Positions 9,895-20,265 of a DNA stretch of 64,000 nucleotides are shown here, one piece after another. Every line of letters starts with the position of its first letter. Positions within the stretch are counted from its first letter, which is position 1. The notes beneath the pieces were generated by a model. It was not told the origin of the DNA, made no database searches, and saw nothing but the letters and a program-made list of their open reading frames with translations. This DNA is from an uncultured virus (IMG/VR IMGVR_UViG_3300042453_004632) (Duplodnaviria; Heunggongvirae; Uroviricota; Caudoviricetes), in the IMG/VR virus record IMGVR_UViG_3300042453_004632; one strand, given 5' to 3'. A program made the position numbers and the translations under genes.

Positions 9895-10150
9895 CGCCTT
9901 CCTGTCGGCTTGCCCGACGCCTGTTTAGGTTTTCGTGGACTTTTTCCACGATTTCGCTTCGCGCGAACTTTTCCTCGTAGAAGTCCTCTTTCCAAAAGGG
10001 CACTTCCACCGCCCATCTGTTCAGAAGGGTGGAAACTCGCATGCCTTTGACGTTGAGCGAGTCAAACAGTGAATGGATTTCCTTCGTCGTGGTGTCGTCA
10101 AAAAACTTGACGAATATGCTTTTGTTGTTGTCTTTGATTCTTCTGGGCAT
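9875..10150 (-). CDS. Hypothetical protein
   Basis: AGGAGG RBS before MPRRIK. Confidence 0.65.
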   Translation of the reverse strand: MPRRIKDNNKSIFVKFFDDTTTKEIHSLFDSLNVKGMRVSTLLNRWAVEVPFWKEDFYEEKFARSEIVEKVHENLNRRRASRQEGDENDGE

Positions 10151-10260
10151 TTGTTCCTCCTGTCGTTGGTGCACATCATAGCCCTCGTTCTCATTCTTGT
10201 AAATAGCAAAATCTATTATTTTCTATTGACATTGTCCGAATTGATAATTAAAATGAATTA

Positions 10261-11442
10261 ATGAGATTTATTGACTTGTTTTGTGGGATAGGCGGATTCC
10301 ACCAGGCCTTGAAAAATTTGAATTTCAATTGTGTTTTCGCGTGCGACGTTGACGAATGTTGCCGAGAAACCTACGAGAAGAATTACGGGATTAAGCCATC
10401 GGGTGACATAACGAAGATCAAACCCGAGGAAATCCCAGAATTTGATATAATCTGTGCTGGCTTCCCGTGCCAGAGTTTCTCCAAGGCGGGCTTCAGAAGG
10501 GGCTTAGACGACGACAGGGGCAACCTCTTTTTCAGAATTTGCAATATAGCCGAACTTCACAAGCCTTCGTACATGATATTAGAGAACGTGAGGAATTTGG
10601 CTTCGCATGATTCGGGCAATACATGGCGAGTCATTCGCGATTCAATAAGGAATTTGGGTTATCTCACGTACGACGACCCGGCAATATTCAATGCTTTGGA
10701 CTTCGGAATCCCACAGAACAGGGAAAGAGTCGTCATAATGTGCAAGAGGTCCGATCTCGGACCCATGCCCGATCTGCCCGCCGTCCCAAGCCCGAGAAAA
10801 CCCACAAAAATATCCGACATTTTGTGCGATCAAGATCATGAAGAGATTTCGGGAAAGATGAAGGTTGTGGAAAAAGTCTGGCACGAATTCGTCTCCATCC
10901 TCCTTGGAAACGGCATTCCCGCTCCCAAGTTCCCCATTTGGACGGACTGGTGGGACAGCGACGGGGACGGCACCGCTTCCGACACTCCCGAGAAAAAGCT
11001 TGCGTTCTACGAAAAATACAAGAATTGGATAGACAAAAATAGGGATTTTTATCTGAACAACAAAGCGGTCCTCGAGCCATGGCTCAATAGGTCAAGGAAA
11101 CAGGGACAATGGAAAGGCGCCGTCAGGAAATTTGAATGGCAAGCTGGAGACTTGCGTCCCGACGACGGAATGGATAAGGTTCTTTGGACTGCCAGAGGTT
11201 CCGGCATCCGGGTCAAGCGGCCGGACTACGCCCCGACGCTCGTGGCACTCAGCCAAGTGCCTTTTTACGGACCCGAGTCAAGAAGGCTCAACCCGAGGGA
11301 ATTGTTACGGCTCCAGTCCTTCCCGGACACGTTCCAGTACGACGAAAGGTGCGTCTACAAGCAGGTGGGCAATGCCGTTAATGTCAGGATGATTGAACGA
11401 TGTTCAAGGTTCCTTGTCCTCGGAGAGCCTTTGTTCCAATAA
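10261..11442 (+). CDS. dcm: DNA (cytosine-5) methyltransferase
   Basis: DLFCGIGG, GFPCQ catalytic motif, ENV, PQNRER, RLQSFP, QVGNAV. Confidence 0.95.
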   Translation: MRFIDLFCGIGGFHQALKNLNFNCVFACDVDECCRETYEKNYGIKPSGDITKIKPEEIPEFDIICAGFPCQSFSKAGFRRGLDDDRGNLFFRICNIAELHKPSYMILENVRNLASHDSGNTWRVIRDSIRNLGYLTYDDPAIFNALDFGIPQNRERVVIMCKRSDLGPMPDLPAVPSPRKPTKISDILCDQDHEEISGKMKVVEKVWHEFVSILLGNGIPAPKFPIWTDWWDSDGDGTASDTPEKKLAFYEKYKNWIDKNRDFYLNNKAVLEPWLNRSRKQGQWKGAVRKFEWQAGDLRPDDGMDKVLWTARGSGIRVKRPDYAPTLVALSQVPFYGPESRRLNPRELLRLQSFPDTFQYDERCVYKQVGNAVNVRMIERCSRFLVLGEPLFQ

Positions 11443-12479
11443 TGAGACTCAACGAAGAGCAGAAATTCGTGATCCGCGAGGTCATGAAACTGCGTAAGCC
11501 CGTCCAAGTAGTTTCAGGTTACGCAGGAACGGGCAAATCAACGCTTATAAGACACCTCTCCCAGTTGCTTCCCAACTTCGCGGTGTGTGCGTTTACGGGC
11601 AAGGCCGCGAACGTGTTGAGGATGAAGGGAATACCGGCCAAGACCATCCACAGCCTCATATACGACGCAAACAAGGATGGCGACGGCAAATTTTATTTCT
11701 CACTTACAGGCTCGTTGGACTTTGACGGAATCATAGTGGACGAATCGTCCATGGTGAGCGAGTATTTGTACCGCGATCTCAAGTCCTTCGGAAAGCCAAT
11801 CGTATTCGTTGGGGACCACGGACAATTGGAACCCATAGGCGACAAGTTCAATATCATGTCCGAGCCGGATTTCATTCTGGAGACCATACATCGGAACGCG
11901 GGCGAGATAGCCCATTTCGCAGAATACATAAGGAAAGGCTTCAAGCCCTCAAGTTGGGCCATAAGGAACGGCCCCGGGAAGAAGATCAAGTTCGTTCCCA
12001 AGTTCTCCTACGGACCAGTGGCCTCGTCTGTGGATCAGGTAATATGCGCCTACAACAAGACAAGGGCGGAGGTCAATCATTCTGTCCGTTCAAACCTCGG
12101 CAGGGGTTTGGGCCCGGAGGAAGGCGACAGGGTGATGTGCCTGAGGAATGACTCCGCAAAGGGTCTCTTCAACGGAATGCAGGGCGTCATAGATCATATC
12201 TATCCCAATGACTTCATGCTGTTCAGGTCTGATGAAAGCGGCTTTGAAATCTCGTTCGACAGGTCCGTGTTCAATCAAGTCAAGTATGAATTTGACGGCG
12301 ACCGCGATTCTCCCATGCCCTTTGATTACTGCTACGCGGTCACATGCCATAAATGCCAAGGGTCAGAGTATGAAAGCGTTCTGGTACTTGAGCAAAAATG
12401 CGACCTTTGGGACCACAGGAGATGGGCGTATACGGCGGCCTCGAGGGCCAGAGAAAAACTTTTCTGGTGCGAATCGTAA
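11442..12479 (+). CDS. RecD/Dda-like SF1B DNA helicase
   Basis: GYAGTGKS Walker A, AFTGKAA, TIHSLIY, VDESSM, GDHGQL, YAVTCHKCQGSEY, YTAASRA. Confidence 0.92.
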   Translation: MRLNEEQKFVIREVMKLRKPVQVVSGYAGTGKSTLIRHLSQLLPNFAVCAFTGKAANVLRMKGIPAKTIHSLIYDANKDGDGKFYFSLTGSLDFDGIIVDESSMVSEYLYRDLKSFGKPIVFVGDHGQLEPIGDKFNIMSEPDFILETIHRNAGEIAHFAEYIRKGFKPSSWAIRNGPGKKIKFVPKFSYGPVASSVDQVICAYNKTRAEVNHSVRSNLGRGLGPEEGDRVMCLRNDSAKGLFNGMQGVIDHIYPNDFMLFRSDESGFEISFDRSVFNQVKYEFDGDRDSPMPFDYCYAVTCHKCQGSEYESVLVLEQKCDLWDHRRWAYTAASRAREKLFWCES

Positions 12480-12514
12480 GAGTTATGGTAGTCCAAAGGA
12501 CTTAGATTTGGACA

Positions 12515-13381
12515 TTATTTCATAAGTACATAGTCCAAAAAACATTGCTCCATTTGAAAATTTGGAAAACCGTCCAATTTAAATAGTTTTTTTAATCTAT
12601 TTACAATGATTGGGTTGTCGCTGAAGAAGTTCTCTACACTTTGTCTTTCCACATTTTCTTCTTGAACCTTTATCAAACCCGATTCTTCTATCATCTCAGA
12701 ATAATTACCCAATGGAAACAACACTTTGTTTGTTTTTTCTTCAGGAGTGAATCCCATTTCGTCCAACTCTTTTTCAGTGAAAATTAAATGCACAAATGCC
12801 TTGTTTACTTTTCTGTAGCAGTGACCGCCGTGTCTTCCGCACCAAGGATGACATCTTAAATAAATCTTACCCCCATCACCCAGTAGGGACTTCGCATCAG
12901 TTAATGCCTTTACTGAATCTTCGGCGTGGTCTAATACGTCATAAATAAGAATTACATCGTATGGTCCTTTTTCTTTTACCTTCTGAAAATCTGTTGTGAG
13001 GAGATACTCGTTTTCCACTTCCCATTCAAAATTGCAATTTGAGGGTTTTTCAATTTCATAACCCACACTGATTGCGGTGTCTTTTGAAAGATATTTGACC
13101 ACATGACCTTCTCCACACCCAAAATCTAAAAACTTTTTGTTTGTCAATTTTTCATCAAAAACAATATCCACAATTCCTTCCGCACGATCCATTTTTTCAT
13201 CTTCTGAATTCCTATCAGCAATTTGAAAATCAAAAACAGACTCCGGCCAATCTTCTGAATTTAATAAATTTTTCAAGACACTAAGTTCGTTTGTTTCATC
13301 AAAATCAGACAGAATTTCTTTTATTTCATTTATTTTATCTGTTATTTCATTGACTATATTTATTATTTTGTTTTTGTCCAT
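12515..13381 (-). CDS. Class I SAM-dependent methyltransferase (paralog of 24052..24933)
   Basis: FLDFGCGEG, YDVILIYDVLDH, RCHPW.GRHGGH. Confidence 0.88.
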   Translation of the reverse strand: MDKNKIINIVNEITDKINEIKEILSDFDETNELSVLKNLLNSEDWPESVFDFQIADRNSEDEKMDRAEGIVDIVFDEKLTNKKFLDFGCGEGHVVKYLSKDTAISVGYEIEKPSNCNFEWEVENEYLLTTDFQKVKEKGPYDVILIYDVLDHAEDSVKALTDAKSLLGDGGKIYLRCHPWCGRHGGHCYRKVNKAFVHLIFTEKELDEMGFTPEEKTNKVLFPLGNYSEMIEESGLIKVQEENVERQSVENFFSDNPIIVNRLKKLFKLDGFPNFQMEQCFLDYVLMK

Positions 13382-13465
13382 TTCAATGCCTTTGTGACTA
13401 TTCAAGAAAGATTCTGCCTTTGATAATATAGTTCCGAGTTCTCTTCTTTGGTTAAAACCTATTGG

Positions 13466-14146
13466 TTAAAACCTATTCTTGTAGGCGTTCCAAAAGCGTG
13501 AAAACCCAGAGTTTAGACCCACAAAGTGATTGCCGAATTTTCCGATTTTAATGTCCTCCACACAAACATAGATTTGTTCTTTGTTTATTAATTCATAGCC
13601 TTGTTTGTTGAAAATATAGGCAACGATTGCTTGTTCTTCAAAATGAGAATTGTTCCAATTTATTTCAAATTTTTTAATTGCACTATTTATCTCTTTTTTA
13701 AAATCAAATCCGGGCGGTATCCCGAACATTCCAGAATTTAAAAATATAGGATCATTTATTTCGTATTGGAGTGTTCCGTAACTTTTTTCATATGCTTCCG
13801 TTATGAAAAATGATTTATTTTTAATATATTGTTCAAAATTTATTTTTTTGTGGAGAACAAGATCGTTGTCTATGAAAATTTCATAGCTATCCATTTTTAT
13901 TCTAGGAGGGTAAAGCTTCCAGCAAGGGTTGTTTGTTGGTCTTATTGTAATTTCATCAACGTATTCTTCTTGGTTTAAAAGACGAACAGGCAACTTGTTT
14001 ATCTTGTTTTTGTTTAAATTATTATAACAAACATAATAATCAAATTTTTCTTTGTAAAAATTAACTATATTTTTAACTGATTTTTTAAGACAATCTATTC
14101 CTTCCTTTGAACAATCACCTATAGTCCATCTGATTATTTTTTTCAT
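13466..14146 (-). CDS. Putative glycosyltransferase (paralog of 15970..16749)
   Basis: RWTIG, WKLYPPRI, IDND DxD, NSGMFGIPPGF, EEQ. Confidence 0.7.
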   Translation of the reverse strand: MKKIIRWTIGDCSKEGIDCLKKSVKNIVNFYKEKFDYYVCYNNLNKNKINKLPVRLLNQEEYVDEITIRPTNNPCWKLYPPRIKMDSYEIFIDNDLVLHKKINFEQYIKNKSFFITEAYEKSYGTLQYEINDPIFLNSGMFGIPPGFDFKKEINSAIKKFEINWNNSHFEEQAIVAYIFNKQGYELINKEQIYVCVEDIKIGKFGNHFVGLNSGFSRFWNAYKNRF

Positions 14147-14152
14147 ATTTTT

Positions 14153-15040
14153 CTAAATTAAATTAGATTTTTTGGCAAAATCATATAGAAAATAATTTAA
14201 TGATAATTCTTTCTTGTTCATTGACTTCAAATAGAAATGTGATTCAAGTATTAGTTTTTCATCATTCAATTTGGCCTCTGCCTCTTTCAAGTCTTCAAAG
14301 TACAAAGGGTATGTATCTCCCAAATATTCAATACAACCTGGCATTTTTTTGACAACAATCGGAACGTTGAGAGATATGCATTCGTTTATAAGATTGCAAG
14401 CGGCCACATCATATAAGTCCAAAAAAACAACCGACCTACATAGTAAATCTATGTAAAATTCTGGTTTCAAATACCCTATTTCTTCGGCAAATCCCTTTGA
14501 ATATTTTTTCATTTCTTGTAGATCAAACTCACAATGCCGAGGCTTTAGTATTATTTTTTTCTTGTTTGTGACTATTTGCAAAAAAGAATGATATTTTCTA
14601 AGTTGTTGACCTGCATGTACTACTTGCTCTCCACATTTCCATTCTTTTTTGTAATTCAAAATCGGATGATATAAGAAATTTACATTTGTTTTTAAATTTA
14701 AATCAATATATTTTTTTACATTTTTTGTGAATACAAATATTCCTTGGCAACTTTTAATTTTTTCTTTGAAGTACTTATTATCCTTTAATTTTGATATGGG
14801 TAAAATTTTATTTTTGTATTTATTAGGATATTCATTTTCGGGATAAGATATAGTGTTGTGTAAAAAACCAATCCATTTTCCTTCTATTGATTCTTCTTTT
14901 ATGGCTCTGTCCAACCATTCGTAGCAGTTTATTTTTGATCTAGAATCATGAAAAAATTTTAGTTTTTTAGAAATTTCACCCCAATTGCCTTCGGAAAGAT
15001 GATTGCTGGGTATAAAATTAATTTTCTTGGCTTTTATCAT
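14153..15040 (-). CDS. Putative GT-B-type glycosyltransferase
   Basis: WIGFLH, GQQLR, VFLDLYD.AACN.I.EC...NVPIVV, EYLG..YPLYF. Confidence 0.65.
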   Translation of the reverse strand: MIKAKKINFIPSNHLSEGNWGEISKKLKFFHDSRSKINCYEWLDRAIKEESIEGKWIGFLHNTISYPENEYPNKYKNKILPISKLKDNKYFKEKIKSCQGIFVFTKNVKKYIDLNLKTNVNFLYHPILNYKKEWKCGEQVVHAGQQLRKYHSFLQIVTNKKKIILKPRHCEFDLQEMKKYSKGFAEEIGYLKPEFYIDLLCRSVVFLDLYDVAACNLINECISLNVPIVVKKMPGCIEYLGDTYPLYFEDLKEAEAKLNDEKLILESHFYLKSMNKKELSLNYFLYDFAKKSNLI

Positions 15041-15909
15041 TTATTGTTTTTCAAGAGTTGGCTAACGGGAATCAATGGGGAGGGAAAATTTTCAATTCTT
15101 ATTATTTTTGAAGGACACATTGAGCAATGAAATATTTGTTTTTGCTCATAAAAATCTTTGATCTCCGAATAAGTTGCTCTAGGTTCTAGTGCCTGACCTT
15201 GCAGATTGCCATCTCTATACCCCAAATATGGCAACCATTTTTCGTTTAATTTGAATTTTTTGTCTTGCATTTGCAGGTAGGCAACATTTGGACACTTCCA
15301 TAATTTTCCCAAAAATATTTGACGACAAAATTTAACCGAACATTTGTTCCAACTTTCGCCGGGATTGTTGTCTTCAAAGGGCATCATTTCATTTCCAAAT
15401 CCCTTATATGTTTGTTTCCATGTATTTTTAAAACTGTTGGTCCAATTGACTTGAAGACGAGGATGGTTTTTTTGCCATTTTTTTACCAATTCTCTAACAG
15501 GATTTATTTTCTCTTCAAACTCTTTTGTATCATCATGCACCGAAAGTCTTAATTGAACATTGTGTTTTTCCATTATTCTGGGTAGATGTGGGTGATTTTT
15601 TAGAAAAAATCCATTTGTTATTATTCTTATTCTTGACCCGCCCCAGATTTTAGCAGATTTCTCGGTGATTTTTGTTAGTTCTTGATTCATGGTTGGCTCA
15701 CCACCCATTATGCTGAACCAGTTAGGTTTAATTCTTCTGCTCCAAGGTATGGTCCAATCTTCAAACTCTTGAAGACTGAGTTGCCCTTTGTGTCCATGAT
15801 TTGAATAATGGTTGCAACTCTGGCATGTCAAATTGCAAGAATGAGATACGTGAATTTCTATATTGCTTTCAAAGTCGGTTGGCACATATTTTTTATGAAG
15901 ATTTAGCAT
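15037..15909 (-). CDS. Radical SAM protein
   Basis: CNLTCQSC (CxxxCxxC), GGEP, ITNG; additional C-terminal cysteines. Confidence 0.9.
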   Translation of the reverse strand: MLNLHKKYVPTDFESNIEIHVSHSCNLTCQSCNHYSNHGHKGQLSLQEFEDWTIPWSRRIKPNWFSIMGGEPTMNQELTKITEKSAKIWGGSRIRIITNGFFLKNHPHLPRIMEKHNVQLRLSVHDDTKEFEEKINPVRELVKKWQKNHPRLQVNWTNSFKNTWKQTYKGFGNEMMPFEDNNPGESWNKCSVKFCRQIFLGKLWKCPNVAYLQMQDKKFKLNEKWLPYLGYRDGNLQGQALEPRATYSEIKDFYEQKQIFHCSMCPSKIIRIENFPSPLIPVSQLLKNNK

Positions 15910-15969
15910 ACTACATTATATAAGCCTTTGTTGGAAAACTCAATTCCTTAAGGGTATTGAATTCAAAAA

Positions 15970-16749
15970 ATGAAAAAAATCTTTAGGTGGACAATAGGTA
16001 ATTCCTCAAATTTAGGATTTGAGGTTCTTAGAAAATCCGTAAAATTTGCAAAAAAAAATTTTGAAGCACTTGGTTTTGATTTATATATTTGCTCTAATTC
16101 CAATGAAGTAAAAGTTAGTGAAATTTGCCAAGAATTTGAAATAAAACATATAGTTCAAAACAACGAAAACAATTTTTTTAAAAAATTCGGAGGATCTTTT
16201 TGGAAGCTGTGTCCTCCTAGGATTAACATAGATTCCTATGAAATTATTTGCGACAATGATGTTATTTTAAAAAAAATTCCAGAAGAAATTGAATTATTTT
16301 TAAAGTCAAATGTACCAATTATATGTGAAGAAAAAATTTTTTGTTTTGGAAAATATTCAAAATTCATAAAAAATCCATACAATAGTGGCATTTATGGATT
16401 GCCGCCTGGATTCAATTTTGAACAAAAAATAATTCAAAAATGGAAGGAAAAGGGATCTATTGAAAAGTTAAGAAGTTATAAAGATGAACAAGGATTGATT
16501 ATTCTTTGTCTTTTAGAATTTAATCCTATAAAGATTCCTTTAGACAAGGTGTGTTATTTATTTAAATTTGGATCTCCTGTAAAAGCAGATTATGAAAAGG
16601 TTTTGGAAGATAATTTTGAAAGTCAGATTTTACAAAATTTGATTTTTGAAAGGCCCAAAACTAAAAATAAAAGTATTTTTCACTTTATTGATTCAAACAA
16701 AATTGAAGATCATTTTTATTGGAATTCTTATAAAACAAAGTTTTTATAA
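15970..16749 (+). CDS. Putative glycosyltransferase (paralog of 13466..14146)
   Basis: RWTIG, WKLCPPRI, CDND, NSGIYGLPPGF, DEQG. Confidence 0.7.
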   Translation: MKKIFRWTIGNSSNLGFEVLRKSVKFAKKNFEALGFDLYICSNSNEVKVSEICQEFEIKHIVQNNENNFFKKFGGSFWKLCPPRINIDSYEIICDNDVILKKIPEEIELFLKSNVPIICEEKIFCFGKYSKFIKNPYNSGIYGLPPGFNFEQKIIQKWKEKGSIEKLRSYKDEQGLIILCLLEFNPIKIPLDKVCYLFKFGSPVKADYEKVLEDNFESQILQNLIFERPKTKNKSIFHFIDSNKIEDHFYWNSYKTKFL

Positions 16750-17573
16750 GAATTTTGAAAAGTTCTTTTACAATGTTGTCCATTTCCGTCCTTTCCGAAA
16801 AAACCTCCGAAAAAAACATTGTTTCCCAAATCTGACTTGTGTTCATAATCAAAATCTAAAAACTGATGGACTTTTTGCTTTTCTGCAAAAATTTGAACGG
16901 CCAGAGTTTGTATCATTGCATCTCCCCACCGATTAAAATAATATCCTCCGGTTAAATCAACCGCCTTCATAAAATTTTGAACATCTTTTCTCAACCAAAA
17001 TTCTGTTTTGGAAATATGAAAGTTATTGTAATATCCTACTTTGTTCCAGCAATTATTCTTGAAATTTTCAAATAAAAATTTGGGTTTTATATTTTTTTCA
17101 GACAAATATTTTAAGAAAAATTTTTCTAATTCTCTAACGCACATGTTGTGTTCAATTGTTTTTACTCTATAGGCATATTCTTTTTCGTTATCTTTCATGA
17201 AATTAAATATATCATATTCTATTTTTGATAAAATATAAGAATCATCATCTAATCTCATGTAATATTCATAATTTTTTATTAAATCAAAGATTGAATAAGA
17301 AAAAAATCTACACATGTGCCTGTAACCTATTGAATGTCCATACAAATCTACGGAGATTTTTTCTTTTTCAATAAAACTAGGAATTTTAAAATCAACTCTA
17401 TAGAATAAAATATTTTTATTTTTACAAACCTTCTTGAAATTGAAATTATTTTCATGAAATATTACAATCGGATAATTAAAATTTTTATTAAAGTTTAAAT
17501 GCAATAACTCTAAACTCTTATTTAATTTTTCTATTGTTCTATTATGAGATAGATATATAATTGCTGAATTCAT
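16728..17573 (-). CDS. GT15 (KRE2/MNT1-like) alpha-1,2-mannosyltransferase
   Basis: GYRHMCRFFS, YYMRLDDDS, YNNF, GG.Y..RWGDA. Confidence 0.88.
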   Translation of the reverse strand: MNSAIIYLSHNRTIEKLNKSLELLHLNFNKNFNYPIVIFHENNFNFKKVCKNKNILFYRVDFKIPSFIEKEKISVDLYGHSIGYRHMCRFFSYSIFDLIKNYEYYMRLDDDSYILSKIEYDIFNFMKDNEKEYAYRVKTIEHNMCVRELEKFFLKYLSEKNIKPKFLFENFKNNCWNKVGYYNNFHISKTEFWLRKDVQNFMKAVDLTGGYYFNRWGDAMIQTLAVQIFAEKQKVHQFLDFDYEHKSDLGNNVFFGGFFGKDGNGQHCKRTFQNSYKNFVL

Positions 17574-18244
17574 ATAAAGATTTTCTCAATGTATTTCAAT
17601 TTTTTTTCATAATAAGTTATTAGATTTTTATTTCTATAAATCATTTGTTTTGAAATAAAATAATTTATATTATTGCCTTCTTTTAAAATATTCTCAGGAA
17701 ATTTTTTATTTTTTATAATTAGTCCTTTTTTTTCAATTTTTACTATGGTATTTTTAAAATCTTTTACAATATCTTCATACTTAATAAAAATATAGTTTTT
17801 GACTTTGTTTGGCATATCTTCTAATAGAAATTTATTTTTAAAATGCCTCAATTCAAAAATATTTTTATATCTAAGGCCTGTGTAAATGTTTCTATCAAAT
17901 AAATTTTCTTTGCTCCAAGTTTTATATGAGTGCAAAGCATCGTTCACACTGAACCATTCGTCGTTCAAGAATTTGTTTATTTTTTCTTCTTCTGTTATAT
18001 TTTCTAAATATTTTAAGGGCAGATGGTGTTTTTTTATATAAAGTGAATTAATCCAATCAAATAAATTTCTTGTAATGCCGATAAACAAAACATCTTCGGA
18101 GTGACTTAGGTCATTAAATCCAAAGAAATGTTTCCATCCATATTTCCAAGTAATATCAACATTGAAATTAGATAAAATTAATTTTTCAATGTAATTTGTG
18201 CCAGAACATCTTTCTCCATATATAGTAAAATGATTAATCTTCAT
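17570..18244 (-). CDS. Sulfotransferase-like protein
   Basis: GERCSGTNY PAPS-binding-like loop, GWKH, R..WI.S, IKYED. Confidence 0.65.
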   Translation of the reverse strand: MKINHFTIYGERCSGTNYIEKLILSNFNVDITWKYGWKHFFGFNDLSHSEDVLFIGITRNLFDWINSLYIKKHHLPLKYLENITEEEKINKFLNDEWFSVNDALHSYKTWSKENLFDRNIYTGLRYKNIFELRHFKNKFLLEDMPNKVKNYIFIKYEDIVKDFKNTIVKIEKKGLIIKNKKFPENILKEGNNINYFISKQMIYRNKNLITYYEKKLKYIEKIFI

Positions 18245-18915
18245 ATCATTGTATTCTTCAAATGCGTTTTTAAAAAAACTATTTTCTCTTCCTTGCTCAT
18301 ACCAGGACAATGTATCAAAAAATCGCCTTTTTTATAAGTTGTTTTCACTGCGTGGAGATATTTTCTTGGCAATAACTTTATTCTTTGTCTAAAGTCTAGA
18401 TTGGTGTCATATAAATAATGAAATGCTGACTGCTCAAAAAATTTCCACTGATCAGGCGGTGCGTTAAATCCACCGTCGTCATTTATTCCACAAGATGGAT
18501 ATCCGTGATAAGGACTATCAATGAATTGTTTTTGATTAAACCAAACTTCCAAAAAATCTATTGACCATCTATCATTCTTGATTATGATTCCATTCGTTCC
18601 TATATGGCCCTCATGAGGAAGCGGCCCCGTCAGAATGTTGTAGTTCAAATTTTCTTTTATCAAATCCCTTATGTCAAAAGAATAGTTTAAGATTAGGGTG
18701 TCAGTATCAAGATATAAAATGTAGTCATACTCTGGCAGGTGTTTTTTGATTCCAAGTATTCTGCCCCAATGCTGTGTTCGGTCAGACAGATCGCTGAAGT
18801 TGTGAATAACAAAATCCATGTCATATTTTTTTGCATAATTTGATTTTGATTTTTTTGTTATTTGTAATATGTCCGAATAATTAATATTACAACAATCTAA
18901 AATTGCTATTTTCAT
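18241..18915 (-). CDS. GT34-like (galactosyl/mannosyl) transferase
   Basis: YAKKY, HWGRI, YLDTD DxD, NG.II, FEQSA; start at MKIAILD. Confidence 0.75.
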   Translation of the reverse strand: MKIAILDCCNINYSDILQITKKSKSNYAKKYDMDFVIHNFSDLSDRTQHWGRILGIKKHLPEYDYILYLDTDTLILNYSFDIRDLIKENLNYNILTGPLPHEGHIGTNGIIIKNDRWSIDFLEVWFNQKQFIDSPYHGYPSCGINDDGGFNAPPDQWKFFEQSAFHYLYDTNLDFRQRIKLLPRKYLHAVKTTYKKGDFLIHCPGMSKEEKIVFLKTHLKNTMI

Positions 18916-18988
18916 GATTTTGTTTCTAACAAGGCAACGCCTCAATTCTATCATAGATAGATAGAACAACAATACAAGGAAATTAGAA

Positions 18989-19675
18989 GTGGAGAATAAA
19001 ATAAAAAATAATTTGTTCACATGTTGGCACACCAACAATCTTCCACCTTTGATGAAAAAAAATATTGAATTAAATATTGAAAAAAACAAAGAAATTATTT
19101 TCAATATTTATGATCAAAAAAAATGTGAAGATTTCATAAGAAAAAATTTCAATAAAAAAGTATTAAAGGCCTATAGACAATTAGTGCCTTGTTCATATAA
19201 ATCTGACTTGTGGAGATTTTGCATACTTTATCTACTTGGTGGTATTTATATTGACATAAAGTACAATTGTGTAGAAGGATTCAAGTTCACAGATATTTTA
19301 AATGATGAATATTTTGTAGAAGAATCAAAATATTGGAAGGGAGTAAATGAAAGGATTTACACTGGCCTTATATGTGTATGTCCGAGAAATGAAATAATGA
19401 ATTGCTGTATAGAAAGAATAATCAGCAATGTTGAATCAAATTATTACGGAAAATGTAGCTTGGACCCAACAGGTCCTGGAGTGTTGGGGAGTTGTGTTCC
19501 AAAGAATGTAAAAAAACAATTAAATTTTGAAGATCCCAAAATATTCTATGATAAAAGATTAATTTTGAATTACTACAACGGCTATAGATTAGAACAAAAA
19601 AAATTTCAAAAACTTCCTCATTATGAAATACTATGGCAACAAAATAAAATTTATAGTAAAGTAAAATTTATATGA
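18989..19675 (+). CDS. GT32/Och1-like glycosyltransferase (DxD sugar-binding)
   Basis: YKSDLWRFCILYLLGGIYIDI, TGPGVLG. Confidence 0.88.
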   Translation: MENKIKNNLFTCWHTNNLPPLMKKNIELNIEKNKEIIFNIYDQKKCEDFIRKNFNKKVLKAYRQLVPCSYKSDLWRFCILYLLGGIYIDIKYNCVEGFKFTDILNDEYFVEESKYWKGVNERIYTGLICVCPRNEIMNCCIERIISNVESNYYGKCSLDPTGPGVLGSCVPKNVKKQLNFEDPKIFYDKRLILNYYNGYRLEQKKFQKLPHYEILWQQNKIYSKVKFI

Positions 19676-20265
19676 ATCTAATGCAAAATAGGTTTTCAAA
19701 AATAAACATTGAAACCAATCAATTGAATGGCCTTAATGATTTGATCAAAGATTTTTTGAATAAATCAAGTATTGTTTGTGAAATTGGATCTTTCAACGGA
19801 GTTTCTACTGAATTATTTGCCAATAAATGCAAAAAAGTTTTTAGTATTGATGTTAATTGCACAAAAAGATTAAAAGAAATAATTGATAAATATGATATAG
19901 ATTATTTTAGAAAAGAAAGTATAGAGGCCAGCACCATTTTTGAAGACAATTTCTTTGATTGCGTTTATCTAGACAGCAATCACACTTACGAGCATGTTTG
20001 TGAAGAAATTAGGGTGTGGTGGCCCAAAGTAAAACACAAAGGAATACTCGCGGGTCACGATTATCTGTCAGATAAAATGATAGAATATATTTCAAAATTA
20101 AAAATAGATTTATCTTATAATTGGACAACAGATCCTATTAAAAACAAAATAAAAAAAGGCCAAGGAGTAAAGCATGCAGTCAATGTTTTTTTTAAAAACA
20201 GAAAGATTTATCTTTACAAAGATTCTAGTTGGGCCAAAATAAAATATTGTAAATTAATACTATGA
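19672..20265 (+). CDS. SAM methyltransferase (Methyltransf_24-like)
   Basis: EIGSFNGVS, VYLDSNHTYE, WWPKVK.GILAGHDY. Confidence 0.88.
   Translation: MNLMQNRFSKINIETNQLNGLNDLIKDFLNKSSIVCEIGSFNGVSTELFANKCKKVFSIDVNCTKRLKEIIDKYDIDYFRKESIEASTIFEDNFFDCVYLDSNHTYEHVCEEIRVWWPKVKHKGILAGHDYLSDKMIEYISKLKIDLSYNWTTDPIKNKIKKGQGVKHAVNVFFKNRKIYLYKDSSWAKIKYCKLIL

Noticed and set aside
10261..12479. Dcm plus helicase/HNH as a restriction-modification system
   Set aside because: No cognate restriction endonuclease is adjacent; an orphan protective methyltransferase is the simpler reading
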